This document shows positions 1 through 10,257 of a DNA stretch of 37,528 nucleotides, piece by piece. This stretch comes from a virus (taxonomy: Duplodnaviria > Caudoviricetes): the IMG/VR virus record IMGVR_UViG_3300025676_000043, positions 1 to 37,528 of that record; one strand, given 5' to 3'. The notes beneath the pieces are model-generated. The model ran no database searches, had not been told where the DNA came from, and worked only from the letters and a program-made list of their open reading frames with translations. The position numbers and the translations under genes were made by a program. How positions within the stretch are numbered: the first letter of the stretch is position 1; each line of letters begins with the position of its first letter.

Positions 1-125
1 AAGGCAACACGGATGCTCAGGAACCAACTGAGCCGCCTGACATTACAGGCACTATTGTCGAACCGTGGCTACTTGATCTGATTCAACGATCCGCTGGTAT
101 CGGTTTTATGCCAACAGGCGCATGA
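1..125 (+). CDS. 3' end of a hypothetical protein truncated by the window edge
   Basis: Open frame ...GNTDAQEPTEPPDITGTIVEPWLLDLIQRSAGIGFMPTGA*; its TGA overlaps the next ATG (ATGA at 122-125). Confidence 0.6.
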   Translation, partial: GNTDAQEPTEPPDITGTIVEPWLLDLIQRSAGIGFMPTGA

Positions 126-751
126 ACATAGAGTTCCCTGCGGGGCTATGGGGCGGTATCGCTGTTTATGAGAACGCTGTGAACCCCGAAACATGCAAAC
201 AGGTAGATGATTTACTGGCCCAGCATTGGGATGCGCTGTGGGAAGCAGGTGTTTTAGCGGAAGGCAAATCGATGCTGGGTGTCAATCCTGCTGTCAAAAA
301 CTCCTCCGACTTTGAACTTTCTCCTAAAATGGGGGAACTGTACGAAAGGGAAAACGGGTGGTTTGAAGACGAGATACAAGCCTCTTTAGGTAAGTGCATC
401 AACCATTACGTTTCCCAGTACGACGGATTAGCGGGCTACTGTTGGCCTTTGGGTGACACAGGTTTTCAGGTGCAACGCTACGAAGAGGGTCATGGTTTTT
501 ATACGGAGCATATTGATGGTGGGCCTTTCGGTGAAACGAAAAGTAGGTTCCTTGCTGCTTTGATTTATTTGAACGATGTTGATGAGGGCGGCGAAACTAC
601 GTTCACGAAGTCAGGGTTAAAGATCAAACCTGAGGCGGGGAAGGTTCTTATTTTCCCGTCGCATTGGTTGTATCCGCATCGTGGGGAGATTCCTTTGAGC
701 GGCCATAAAACGATTATCACTACTTTTGTTGAACAAATGGAGACAGAATGA
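122..751 (+). CDS. 2OG-Fe(II) oxygenase, prolyl-4-hydroxylase-like
   Basis: HxD motif (EHIDG), YLNDVDEGGETTF, distal His (YPHRG) and a basic 2OG-binding residue (GHKTIITTF). Confidence 0.9.
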   Translation: MNIEFPAGLWGGIAVYENAVNPETCKQVDDLLAQHWDALWEAGVLAEGKSMLGVNPAVKNSSDFELSPKMGELYERENGWFEDEIQASLGKCINHYVSQYDGLAGYCWPLGDTGFQVQRYEEGHGFYTEHIDGGPFGETKSRFLAALIYLNDVDEGGETTFTKSGLKIKPEAGKVLIFPSHWLYPHRGEIPLSGHKTIITTFVEQMETE

Positions 752-912
752 ACGTACTGCTCGAAGATATACTGCGGCATTTGTCCCCTCAGGGGCAACT
801 CGAATGGGAAATAGCGGCGTTAAAAGCAGCGAACGAATCGTTAGAAGCGCAACTCGCTGAAGCGGTTGCTAACACAGAACATGTTTTAAGCGGGACAGAT
901 GAACCTGTTTAG
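748..912 (+). CDS. small hypothetical coiled-coil protein (54 aa, not in ORF track)
   Basis: ATGA overlap with the oxygenase stop; MNVLLEDILRHLSPQGQLEWEIAALKAANESLEAQLAEAV...; GGAG upstream. Confidence 0.65.
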   Translation: MNVLLEDILRHLSPQGQLEWEIAALKAANESLEAQLAEAVANTEHVLSGTDEPV

Positions 913-915
913 TAG
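892..915 (+). promoter_or_regulatory. putative late promoter motif, copy 1 (GGGACA-N15-TAG)
   Basis: GGGACAGATGAACCTGTTTAGTAG lies upstream of the internal-virion block; the motif recurs at 10233, 24591, 27780, 30263 and 34643. Confidence 0.55.
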
Positions 916-933
916 AGGATATTAGGGGACTTC

Positions 934-1353
934 ATGGGATTTGGTACTACTTACAATGCAGCGGATCCGTATGGCGGATCCCCTGAACAGCGTTTGGCGT
1001 CTGCTGTGGCCCAAATATCGTATCAGACTAAAGGGTTTCAGAACCAATACAACAAGCAACGTACTGCGTTGGGGAAACAGTATAAGGCTGCTATCCCTAA
1101 GTTTAAGTCGCAATATGCTCAACGAGGCATATTCGATTCGGGTATCCGTAAGGAGGCTCGCCGCGATTTGGAGACTCGCCGTACCGACCAGTTGGGATTG
1201 TATGACGAGGCGTTGCAGCAGGCGTTGTATGATTTGAGGTTGCAAACGTTGGGTGCGTATGGGCAGTATTCTGGCGGCGAGTTTGAGGCTGCTTTGACTG
1301 ATGCTCAGTTGCGGTCGCAGTTGGCTGCACAAATTAAAGGGGCGACTCAATAA
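934..1353 (+). CDS. putative internal virion (ejection) protein
   Basis: Helical Q/A-rich 139 aa protein; first of three consecutive TAATG-coupled genes between tail and lysis genes, the position of podovirus core proteins. Confidence 0.5.
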   Translation: MGFGTTYNAADPYGGSPEQRLASAVAQISYQTKGFQNQYNKQRTALGKQYKAAIPKFKSQYAQRGIFDSGIRKEARRDLETRRTDQLGLYDEALQQALYDLRLQTLGAYGQYSGGEFEAALTDAQLRSQLAAQIKGATQ

Positions 1354-2714
1354 TGAGTTTCGGAGATATTTGGGATTCACCAATTGTTAATTTTGTGAAA
1401 CGGGCTGGTCAGGCTCTTTCCACAAGTGGTATTAGCGAAATAGTGCGCCAGATACCGCAGGAGCCTTTGGACGAGTTTATAAATAAAGGAATTGGTGCGC
1501 CTCTCGGTTGGGGGCTTGGACTTAATGACTTGTCTGCTGCGGATGCGTTTAGTCATTGGGTTCCTCCTGCTGGTGAATATGTTGAACCCACGATCATGAA
1601 CGTGGGTCAACAATCTAAGGATTGGTGGCATGAATCGGGGGTTCGTTTTATCCTTGATTCTGAGTTGGTGGAAATGGGTTTGACAACTCCTGAAGAACGC
1701 TTCAAATGGCGTCAAGATTTTGTTTCTGATTATCATGGGCATCCTCGTGTAAGTGAACGAACGGGTGAGGAGGATCTGGAACTTTCTGAGACGGATACTG
1801 ATGATGGGCCTACTGGGCCGGGCGGGCCTCGCGGGCCGTCTTTAGATGATTTGCTCGCTCAGCAGCAGCAAATACTTCGGGACATGGTTGCTCGTGGAAT
1901 GATGGGTGTGGATGAAGCGGAGGCTGCTTACACGCAGGCCGTTGCTAGCATTTATGCCGATTTCCAGAATGAACAACAAATTACTCGTTCTGGATTCGAT
2001 ACTGATGTCGCTGCCCGTGGTACGCAACGCCAGCAGGATCGTCAGGATTCTATGGATGCTTTGATCGCTGCTGGTGTGGATCCTCGTGGTTCTGCTGGCG
2101 ACCAGTTGGCTTCTGACCAAGCATACAATGCTGGGACTGATGCCCAGTCAGAGTATTTGGATGCTTTGATGCGTATCTCTGAGATGGGTGAGGGTTCACG
2201 GCAACTTGCTGGTGAACGCGAATTTGGCGGGGCGCGTCGTTCGTTGAATGAGACTCAGGCTCAGGGTTTTGCTGGTTTGGAATCTCAGGCTGCTTTGGCT
2301 CGGGCGTTGTCTGGGATCTCTGGGACTTCTCCTGCTGATATTTTCGCTGGGATGTTATCGGGGATGGATACTATTGGAATGCAGCAAGGTAAGAACGCTG
2401 CTGCGGCTTCTTCGGCTGCCTCTGATCAACAGTATCAAGAGATGATCAATACTGCTATAAACTTGACAGCGAATGGGACGTTCGATGATATCGGCAGTGC
2501 GATAGCCGTTCTTTCTGGGCAGATTGACGCTAAATACATTTTGGGTCAGCAAGACTCTGGAGGGTATCCGTCTATTGATGAACAGTTTGCGAGCATGCCT
2601 GTCGGGTTAAGATCTGAGGCTACTGCCGCTATTCAAGAGTTGATGTACAGCGGCTTTTCTTATGATGATGCTGCTGCGACGGTATTGGATTCTTACGCTT
2701 TCGCTGGTCAGTAA
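1353..2714 (+). CDS. putative internal virion (ejection) protein
   Basis: 453 aa A/G/Q/D-rich helical protein; TAATG coupling on both sides; synteny. Confidence 0.55.
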   Translation: MSFGDIWDSPIVNFVKRAGQALSTSGISEIVRQIPQEPLDEFINKGIGAPLGWGLGLNDLSAADAFSHWVPPAGEYVEPTIMNVGQQSKDWWHESGVRFILDSELVEMGLTTPEERFKWRQDFVSDYHGHPRVSERTGEEDLELSETDTDDGPTGPGGPRGPSLDDLLAQQQQILRDMVARGMMGVDEAEAAYTQAVASIYADFQNEQQITRSGFDTDVAARGTQRQQDRQDSMDALIAAGVDPRGSAGDQLASDQAYNAGTDAQSEYLDALMRISEMGEGSRQLAGEREFGGARRSLNETQAQGFAGLESQAALARALSGISGTSPADIFAGMLSGMDTIGMQQGKNAAAASSAASDQQYQEMINTAINLTANGTFDDIGSAIAVLSGQIDAKYILGQQDSGGYPSIDEQFASMPVGLRSEATAAIQELMYSGFSYDDAAATVLDSYAFAGQ

Positions 2715-5700
2715 TGGCTAACCGTTCAGAGTTTCTAGATTTTTTAAACCAGTCTCAGCCTCAGGGTTTGGATGGGGTGCAGTTGCCTACGTTGCCTTCG
2801 ACGCCGACGCAGTCTTTCGATCCTGACCGTTTGGCTTTGGCGACTCAGCGTTTAGGTTTGGGCCAGCCCAAGGGTCATGGGGCTATGGGTAGTGCTTTGC
2901 GGGTGCTGGGGCTTATCGACATGCCTCGTTCTTTCATTACTTCTGGGTTGCAGGAAGTTGTTGACGTTTTTCAGGGCGAGGGTTTCTCTATATCCGACTT
3001 GTTACGCCAAACCCGCGAACATCACGGCTTCGGCGATGTTATCGAAGACATGGGAATAGATGCCGGGATGGGCGGTTGGGGTAACCGTATTCTTGGTTTC
3101 ACGGGTGACGTCATATTGGATCCTTTGTCTTGGATGGGCGGGTTGGGTGTTTATGCTCGCGCCCGCGGAGCGAAGGGTTTGATTTCGGATGTGACTCCGA
3201 TGTGGACAGAGTTGGCTAATGCCAAGAAGTTGTCTCCAGTGGATGCGTTGAGGAAGGGCGCGTTGGACGACATGCTGCGGGCTGTTGGTACGTCGCGGAC
3301 TGTTACTGCGGGCCGTAATGCTTTGATGAAGCATGGTGCGGAGGGTTCTGCTGCTCGGGATGTTGCGTTGAAATTGGTTGATGATTTGGGGATTGGTACT
3401 GGTTTGCGTATTCGTGCGCCGGGGACTGGCCCTGTTTTGGGGCGTTTGTCTCGCACTTCGAGTTTTGTGACGGGCGCGTCGCGACGACGCGCTAGTCAGG
3501 TTCCTGCGTTTATTCAACGGGAAATCGCTAAGGAACTTCCTGCGGGTATGTCTTTGGCGGAAGTTGTTGCCAAGTTTTCGTCGCGTAAAGTCGTTCCGGG
3601 TATCTCTCCTCGTACGGCGGAGGTTGCGCGGTTGGCTTCGAGGCAACCTGTGGAGTATGTCTTTAATGTCGGCGGTAAACCTGTTTTGTCTGGTTTTTTT
3701 GGGGCGGTTCAGCCTGCTTTGGGGCATGGCGTTGCTCGTGTCGCCAAAAACAATTTTGCTGCTCGTTTGGGCCAGTTGTTTACCGATGAGGCTTCGTTGA
3801 ATGTGAACGCTTTAAGGCGTTCAGATAACCCTCAGGATGTTGTGATGTCTGCTATTAGCAGGGATGGCCATAACCGCGGCGGGTCGTTTAGTTCTCATTG
3901 GGGCGGCGTGGCGGAGGGTGGCCGCGACGGGTTTGTCAATAATGTCCGTGCCAAGTTTGGTGTTGTCGATGACACTGTATTGGGGCGCATCAAACAAGAT
4001 GTGAACACCGATATTGCTCAAGACATTTTGGCTGGCCATGCCGTTTCTCCCGCTATTTTGGAGGATTGGGCTATTCGTTTTTCGGGGATGGCCCCTGAAA
4101 CTGTAGCGGAGATCCGTTTAATGTATCACGCTATGATCGCTGACCCGGATTTTTCGTTTGTGACCAATCCGGCTTTGTGGGGCGAGGAAGGCGATTTTGT
4201 TGCTGCGGCTGAACGGTTGACTCTCATGGAGTCTGGCGGGTATGCTTCGCGTCAAATAAATCCTGAGATGAAGCGTTTGTTGTCTTCGATTCATGGTGGG
4301 GAGGATGCTGAGAATCTGCATCCGATGATTCAACGCGTTTTTGCCGACATCGAAGTGCCTGTTGTTAATAGTGCTGATCAGGCGCGGAAACGCGCGGCGG
4401 CAGGCCCAATGCATGACCGTGTTATCGAGGGGTCTTGGATGGACGGTAAAGGTGTTTGGCAAACCGCTGATACTTCTACTCTGCGGATACCTAAGAAGGG
4501 TTCGGCGACAGAGAAACGTGTCCGTGTTGATCCTAAGACTGGCGAATCTGTCGAATACGACCATGTTTTAGAGTATATTACTGTGACGTTTAAGCGTCCG
4601 TATCCGCAACTCCCTCACCATAAAGGGCATGCTGGTGGGCGGTTGAATGTGCGCGATTTGGCTGAAGAGGAGATCAGGGGTCGCGCTGGTGCAGCGAATC
4701 ATGACATGCTTGTTCATCCCAAGGGGTGGTCTTTTACCCGCCAGTTCGATGATGCTTATTTTCGTGCTGGCTATTTGGAGGAGGGGCAATCGTTTTGGGT
4801 GTACGGATTTTCTGAGTCTGAGCAAATGCATATTCGGTCGATGTCTCGCGAGGTGCGGATGCGAGCGATGGAAATGTTTTACGCTGATCGCGGCATTTTG
4901 TTTAACTCTGAGTCTTACCGTAAGTTTGTTGCTGGTTTCAACCGTTTGGACGAAGTCGGCAAGACAATGAAAAGGCGGATCGCTGGGTTGACAAGCAAGG
5001 AGAAGGCTACTCGCGCCCGTGTTTTGGCGTTGGAAGGCGGTAAGGGGTCGGAGGCTGGGCCGGGGCTTATAGCGAAGAGGCGTAGTTGGGTTTCTCAAAA
5101 CGAGGCAGACATTGCCGCCCTTGAGGGGAAGTTGGGGGATGTCGCCCGCGAGTCTACTGAGTCGTTTGCTGAGATGGTGCATATCACTGACGAGTTGACG
5201 GCTGTTGCCGATAAACTCGAGGTGATGATGCGTATGCACGGGTTGGCTCCGTTGGAGGGGTCTGATGATCCGTACCGTTATTTGAAGGGAGCGTTGCCTT
5301 TTGGTGAGGGCGGGCAGCGTCCTGTGTTTAATGCGATCAAAGAGTTGCAACCCATTTTGGAGGAGGTTGAGCCTTTGGTTGTTCGGGCTACTGTTTTGCG
5401 TTCCGCTGGTCGACAGTTTGAGGGCATGCAGGATAGTTTGCGGCAGGCTTTTTCAGATTTGACTCCGGGGAATGCTGATGTTTCGGCTAACGTTACTGGC
5501 ATTATTGGGCGGTTGAATAAGCAGTTGGAGGAGTCGACTGCTTGGGTGTTGGATATGCTTGTTCCTCAGATTAGCCGCATGATTAAGGCTTTGTATCCTG
5601 AGGATGAGTCGATAAGGGCTTTCATGGAGGTGCGGCGCAGTCTGATGGCTGCGGATCACCCCCATACGGTGGCTGCGGTGATACGAGGGATGCGCTCCGG

Positions 5701-8700
5701 GGGAGGGAGAGGGATTAGTCCTTCCCGCGGCAAGGCTGCCGCTTCTTTGATGGATAAGATCGATGAGGCTGAGATTGTCTTATCTCGACTCAAGAATGAC
5801 CCAAATGCCATATTGGGAGAGTTCTCGCCATCGAGTGCTGTTCGCTGGGTAGAGCGCGGGTACGCTGTCGTGCCTTCTGAAGGGAAGAAAGTCTTTCCTC
5901 GGGGGCGCTTGCCTAAGCATTGGAAAAATGTTTCGGCGGAGAAGGGCGAGGAGGTTTTTAAACGTTCTGAGATACAATCGGGAATGTTCGACGATCATTG
6001 GGTATCTAAACGTAGGTCGCTTTTCCTAAACAAGAACCCTCACGAATGGTATGATTTTGGCACCCCGCAGTTGGGCGCAGCGGTGGAGGAGGGCGGCCCT
6101 CTGCCCGGCAAAGAACTTTATAAGCGTCTTTTAGCAGAACTCGACGATACCTCTACTTTGCCTTCTTTCGGAAAATCGCCAGATGGCGGTGCTGAAATGT
6201 TTTTCGCCGACGACAGTACCATACTGGATGCTTTGTTTAAAGATAAAAAGCATCTTCTCTTTGATGATTGGGAATCGACTGAAACGCAACTGCAAAGAGT
6301 GTTCGAGATCTTGGATCAGGGGCCGCTAATAAAAGCAGACTATGATCGGCAAATAGTCTTCGGAACCGCTTACCCTTCGCTTGGTGGGAACAAACTGTGG
6401 GAGTACACGGGTGGGAAACTACAGTTGAAATCAAGACTTGCCGATTACTTACACTTCAAGAAGGGAGAGGTTTGGCCACCTCCTTCCAGCAAACGGTTGA
6501 CTTACGGTCAGACTTGGGAACAAAGTTTGGCAGATCATAGAGTATGGAAGTTGCGAACCCCGTCTACCACATACCATGACCGAAAATTTGGGTTTTGGTG
6601 GAGAGAGGGCCAACATGCGGCGACCGAACCACGGATTTTACCGAAACCCTCAGCGGACGATTATGACCGTCTTGTTCCTGTTGATCATTATGTGGGACTC
6701 AGACTCGATACGGCCAAAGAATATCTTGCTCGTCAAGTGCATCGTCGCGGCAGGGACGGTCAAATTATTTCTACTGGCGGGGTGGACATTCTTGAAGGTG
6801 CTAGAGAATTGTTTAGAGGCTCTGTCGTGCAGAACAAGGGGAAAACCCGCTGGGGCCAATTGAATCCTAGTGAGGCTGTAGAGGCGGCGACAAGACGAGA
6901 AAATCTCCGTTTAAAAGAGTTTGAGATGCTCGGTAAACTCGGATTTCAGGGAGTAAAAGAAGATGGCGAAATTGTACTTTTAAACGCTGCAACCTATTTG
7001 GAAATCTCCTCTGTCCATACTGCTGCTGGCCGTCTTCGCATTGTCAGGCAACCCACTGGCGCAGGGGAGGTGAGGGGCAGTCAGGGAGGAATTGTGACTA
7101 CGGCGAGCGGTAAACCTGTTCCAGCCACAATGTCGTCTTCTCTTAAAAACTGGGCTTCTAAGCCTTCGGGATGGTCGGGGGAATGGTTTTCTCCCGACCC
7201 TCCTAAGGGTCTGAGTCGTTCTAAAGCCATCATGGCTGTTTTGACCGACGAAGAGCAACGAACTATTGGCGAACTAGCAAACTTTTTGGATGAATGGGCA
7301 TCGAACGCTCGTAAAGTCGCGAAAGAAAACGTCCGCTCGGGGAAACCCCGACACGCCGCTCATCCGAACAAAATGCCCGATTCTTTAATGAATGATGCTG
7401 TCGAAGACGCTAATGACGAATTGACGTTTTCCTTTATGCCTCGTCTTTTGAAAGGTTCTGATCGGGACGAATGGGTTGGGCTTACCACCAGCGAACAAGC
7501 GAGCAGCCTCATCGATTTCAGATCGCGAGTATTGTCTTACCCAGAATATTCTTCCCTCTCCCGTAAAAATCGACCGACTGAGCGAATTTCTGGAAGCCCT
7601 AAAGGCGGGCCTTGGCATTTTGTGACGCTAGACAACCCCAAAAGAATCAGAGTTGAGGGAAGTCAAAAAATAGTTCTGGATTTTGACGGATTCAGACTCA
7701 ATGAAGGTGATCGGCTCACTGTAATTGGTTTATATCTTTCTGAAGTTGCCCCTAAGACCCGAATCACTTCTCCTTCGGGGGGAGTGGAACATCTACGCAC
7801 TCCACTCGAGGGGCTTACCAATCCTCCTCGGCTCGACCCCTATTCTGCTCATGGAATTTCCCCTCCTTGGCGGTTGAACCAAGGTAACTCTACTTTTGAG
7901 GCGGCGGCTGAACATTTGCCCAATGATGTGTACCTTGGCTTGCGAGAACCGACTCTAAATATAAACATGGATACTTTCGGGAAAGCAATCAAGGAAATCA
8001 CAGAACTGGAAGAAGTTTTGTCCGATACTTTTTTGAAAACTGTCGGGGACGAACTGTCGACCACTGCTTTATCTGGTAGGGTTAAAAAGGTTTTAGAGTA
8101 CTGGGATTTGAATTGGGATGACGCTAACCGCATGGGCGAGTTGGGCGAGGTTCGCCATCCAGCGTTAAAGACGCTGGATAGCAAAGCATGGGACGACGCA
8201 CTGATCGGGGCAAACCACCTGCTGCCTCGTACTGGCAAACAACAATATTTACAGAACCAATACAATCGTATGGCTAAAGCCTTTGAGAAGGAAATGGGTG
8301 CAGGGAATGTGCCGGATCCTCGTGATCCTGAGTTTTCCTCTTGGTTGGAGACTTGGCTTGCTGGGCCTGAGTTTGGTGGGGCTGGCAGTTTGGCCGATGT
8401 CGTCGATTTAGGCAGGTTCCTTAATGGCGGTTACGCTAGGACTGCGAAGGCGGCTATTCGTGTTACGCGGGAAACGCAGGATCGTATTGTTGCTCAGTTG
8501 ACAGCAGATTCTGAAAAGTTTTTGAAACGTTTGGTCGCTAAGGAGGCGACGTTGGGGCGGAACACTGCCCAGTTGTCGAAGATGGAACAAGAATTGGTGA
8601 ACAAGTCTACTGCCATTAATCAGATTGCTGTGCAACGTCATGCTTTGGAGTTGGAGTTGGCGCGTGTGTCTCGCCAGAAGGAAAACTTGTTGTTGGATCA

Positions 8701-10231
8701 GGCGAAACAGTTGGGTTCGCCTCCTTCGGATAAGGCTTTGTTTAATATTAATAGTTTCGGCGGGACTGTTAATTTGTCGGATTTGAAGGTTGAAGATTTG
8801 CAACGCTTGTTCCAGCAGGGGAACCACATGTGGGGTATGTGGCGGGTTGCTGGCGATAAAGAGTTTCAGGGGAGTGCCATTTCGTCTCTTCTGGCTGCTC
8901 AACGAATGAACGACAGGCAAGCGGTTTCTGAGTTCGCCAGAGGGTACGACAGGATTCATAACTGGTTGAAAGCACAGATGGTTGCTACGCCGGGGTTTGT
9001 TTCTCGTAACCTGATGGGTGGGACTTACAACATGTGGGCGGAAGGGATTCCGTTGTCGGAAACGTTCCGTACCGCGAAGATGGTTGCTGCGGCGTACCGT
9101 GAGGGTCGTGGCGATTTGGTTGCTGGTGTGCGCGCTATGGCTATGAAGAACGCTGATAGTGTTGACTGGCAGTTGATGGACGAGTTGGTGGGCGTCGGCG
9201 CTCATTCTGGTGGTCAGGCTGCGTCTTCGGTGGAAACTCATGGCGCTGGTTTGGGCCGTTTGGAATGGGTGTTCGGCACTAAGGGTGGTACGAGCAGGGG
9301 GTTCAGGGTGAATGCTTCTCCTATGTCTGCCGGGTTCGTTGGTTATAGTGCTATCCGTCATGCGAATACTTTCGCTGAAGAAATTCTTCGTTTGGGTACT
9401 GGCATTTGGGCGCGTAACGCTGGCGACACTGTGGAGGAGGCTATTGGTCGTATCTATAAGTTGCATTTCAATTACGCCGATTTGTCGGCTTTTGAACAGA
9501 AGTGGATGAAACGGGTTTTCCCGTTTTATACTTGGACGCGTAACAACTTGCCTTTGCAAATCCAGTTGATGGCTGAGCAGCCTGCTCGTTATAACCGTTT
9601 GTTTGCAGCAAAACGCAACTTGGAGTACGGTACCGAAGAGGAGGGTGTCGTCCCTGACTATTTCTTGGAACCGTTTGGTATTCGTATGCCGTTTAGTTTG
9701 CAGGGTTCGCAAGTGTACTCGGTTCCTGATTTGCCGTTCCAAGATTTGTTGAGGTTTGATCCTACGGGCGAGGGTTGGGGTGCAACTATGGAACATTTGG
9801 TTTCTTCTGGTTCTCCGTTACTGAAGGTACCTGTTGAGTATTTCGCTGGCAAGCAGGTGTTTGCTTCGATTCCTTATACTGGGCGTTTGCAGCAGGTTCC
9901 TGTAGCCCATCGTTCTATTCCGGGGTTGATGCAGGGTTTGTCTGCTATTGGTTGGGCTGAGAAGAACGCTAAGGGTGAGTGGAAGATGCTTGATTCGCGT
10001 ATTTCTGTTATAGATAATTTGATGCCGTTTATAGGTCGGCTGCGTCGTTTGATTCCTGAGGAGGAACGCTACTCTGAGGAGAAGTATATTCAGACTTTGG
10101 TGTCGACCTTGGGTGGTATTAGTATGCGGGTCAATACGCCGCATCAGCAGCGCAGTGTCAGGGTTAGGGATTCGATTGAGCGTTCTTTAATGATGCAACA
10201 TGATTTGGATTTGATGCAGCGCGAGGTTTAA
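2714..10231 (+). CDS. giant (2505 aa) putative internal virion / DNA-ejection protein
   Basis: N-terminal GFTGDVILDPLSW and C-terminal PGFVSRN...FPFYTWTRNNLPLQ motifs resemble large phage core/polyvalent proteins; coiled coils flank a central region; lies just before the lysin. Confidence 0.7.
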   Translation: MANRSEFLDFLNQSQPQGLDGVQLPTLPSTPTQSFDPDRLALATQRLGLGQPKGHGAMGSALRVLGLIDMPRSFITSGLQEVVDVFQGEGFSISDLLRQTREHHGFGDVIEDMGIDAGMGGWGNRILGFTGDVILDPLSWMGGLGVYARARGAKGLISDVTPMWTELANAKKLSPVDALRKGALDDMLRAVGTSRTVTAGRNALMKHGAEGSAARDVALKLVDDLGIGTGLRIRAPGTGPVLGRLSRTSSFVTGASRRRASQVPAFIQREIAKELPAGMSLAEVVAKFSSRKVVPGISPRTAEVARLASRQPVEYVFNVGGKPVLSGFFGAVQPALGHGVARVAKNNFAARLGQLFTDEASLNVNALRRSDNPQDVVMSAISRDGHNRGGSFSSHWGGVAEGGRDGFVNNVRAKFGVVDDTVLGRIKQDVNTDIAQDILAGHAVSPAILEDWAIRFSGMAPETVAEIRLMYHAMIADPDFSFVTNPALWGEEGDFVAAAERLTLMESGGYASRQINPEMKRLLSSIHGGEDAENLHPMIQRVFADIEVPVVNSADQARKRAAAGPMHDRVIEGSWMDGKGVWQTADTSTLRIPKKGSATEKRVRVDPKTGESVEYDHVLEYITVTFKRPYPQLPHHKGHAGGRLNVRDLAEEEIRGRAGAANHDMLVHPKGWSFTRQFDDAYFRAGYLEEGQSFWVYGFSESEQMHIRSMSREVRMRAMEMFYADRGILFNSESYRKFVAGFNRLDEVGKTMKRRIAGLTSKEKATRARVLALEGGKGSEAGPGLIAKRRSWVSQNEADIAALEGKLGDVARESTESFAEMVHITDELTAVADKLEVMMRMHGLAPLEGSDDPYRYLKGALPFGEGGQRPVFNAIKELQPILEEVEPLVVRATVLRSAGRQFEGMQDSLRQAFSDLTPGNADVSANVTGIIGRLNKQLEESTAWVLDMLVPQISRMIKALYPEDESIRAFMEVRRSLMAADHPHTVAAVIRGMRSGGGRGISPSRGKAAASLMDKIDEAEIVLSRLKNDPNAILGEFSPSSAVRWVERGYAVVPSEGKKVFPRGRLPKHWKNVSAEKGEEVFKRSEIQSGMFDDHWVSKRRSLFLNKNPHEWYDFGTPQLGAAVEEGGPLPGKELYKRLLAELDDTSTLPSFGKSPDGGAEMFFADDSTILDALFKDKKHLLFDDWESTETQLQRVFEILDQGPLIKADYDRQIVFGTAYPSLGGNKLWEYTGGKLQLKSRLADYLHFKKGEVWPPPSSKRLTYGQTWEQSLADHRVWKLRTPSTTYHDRKFGFWWREGQHAATEPRILPKPSADDYDRLVPVDHYVGLRLDTAKEYLARQVHRRGRDGQIISTGGVDILEGARELFRGSVVQNKGKTRWGQLNPSEAVEAATRRENLRLKEFEMLGKLGFQGVKEDGEIVLLNAATYLEISSVHTAAGRLRIVRQPTGAGEVRGSQGGIVTTASGKPVPATMSSSLKNWASKPSGWSGEWFSPDPPKGLSRSKAIMAVLTDEEQRTIGELANFLDEWASNARKVAKENVRSGKPRHAAHPNKMPDSLMNDAVEDANDELTFSFMPRLLKGSDRDEWVGLTTSEQASSLIDFRSRVLSYPEYSSLSRKNRPTERISGSPKGGPWHFVTLDNPKRIRVEGSQKIVLDFDGFRLNEGDRLTVIGLYLSEVAPKTRITSPSGGVEHLRTPLEGLTNPPRLDPYSAHGISPPWRLNQGNSTFEAAAEHLPNDVYLGLREPTLNINMDTFGKAIKEITELEEVLSDTFLKTVGDELSTTALSGRVKKVLEYWDLNWDDANRMGELGEVRHPALKTLDSKAWDDALIGANHLLPRTGKQQYLQNQYNRMAKAFEKEMGAGNVPDPRDPEFSSWLETWLAGPEFGGAGSLADVVDLGRFLNGGYARTAKAAIRVTRETQDRIVAQLTADSEKFLKRLVAKEATLGRNTAQLSKMEQELVNKSTAINQIAVQRHALELELARVSRQKENLLLDQAKQLGSPPSDKALFNINSFGGTVNLSDLKVEDLQRLFQQGNHMWGMWRVAGDKEFQGSAISSLLAAQRMNDRQAVSEFARGYDRIHNWLKAQMVATPGFVSRNLMGGTYNMWAEGIPLSETFRTAKMVAAAYREGRGDLVAGVRAMAMKNADSVDWQLMDELVGVGAHSGGQAASSVETHGAGLGRLEWVFGTKGGTSRGFRVNASPMSAGFVGYSAIRHANTFAEEILRLGTGIWARNAGDTVEEAIGRIYKLHFNYADLSAFEQKWMKRVFPFYTWTRNNLPLQIQLMAEQPARYNRLFAAKRNLEYGTEEEGVVPDYFLEPFGIRMPFSLQGSQVYSVPDLPFQDLLRFDPTGEGWGATMEHLVSSGSPLLKVPVEYFAGKQVFASIPYTGRLQQVPVAHRSIPGLMQGLSAIGWAEKNAKGEWKMLDSRISVIDNLMPFIGRLRRLIPEEERYSEEKYIQTLVSTLGGISMRVNTPHQQRSVRVRDSIERSLMMQHDLDLMQREV

Positions 10232-10232
10232 C

Positions 10233-10257
10233 GGGACAGTTTGCCCTTATAGGTATG
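10233..10257 (+). promoter_or_regulatory. putative late promoter motif, copy 2, directly abutting the lysin ATG
   Basis: GGGACAGTTTGCCCTTATAGGTATG fills the 23-bp intergenic gap; no clear RBS, so possibly leaderless. Confidence 0.6.

Noticed and set aside
8408-9796. 462-aa antisense ORF (and similar ones at 3002-3727, 4568-5350, 24254-25066, 25067-25864)
   Set aside because: Shadow ORFs opposite strongly biased G/T-rich coding sequence; low-complexity translations with no RBS or motifs.
2714-10231. Virion RNA polymerase (N4-like) or tape measure protein
   Set aside because: No RNAP catalytic motifs recognised (DxDGD, or the DxxGR/Kx7YG/HD set), and no siphovirus tail tube or chaperone genes; cannot be fully excluded without a structure search.
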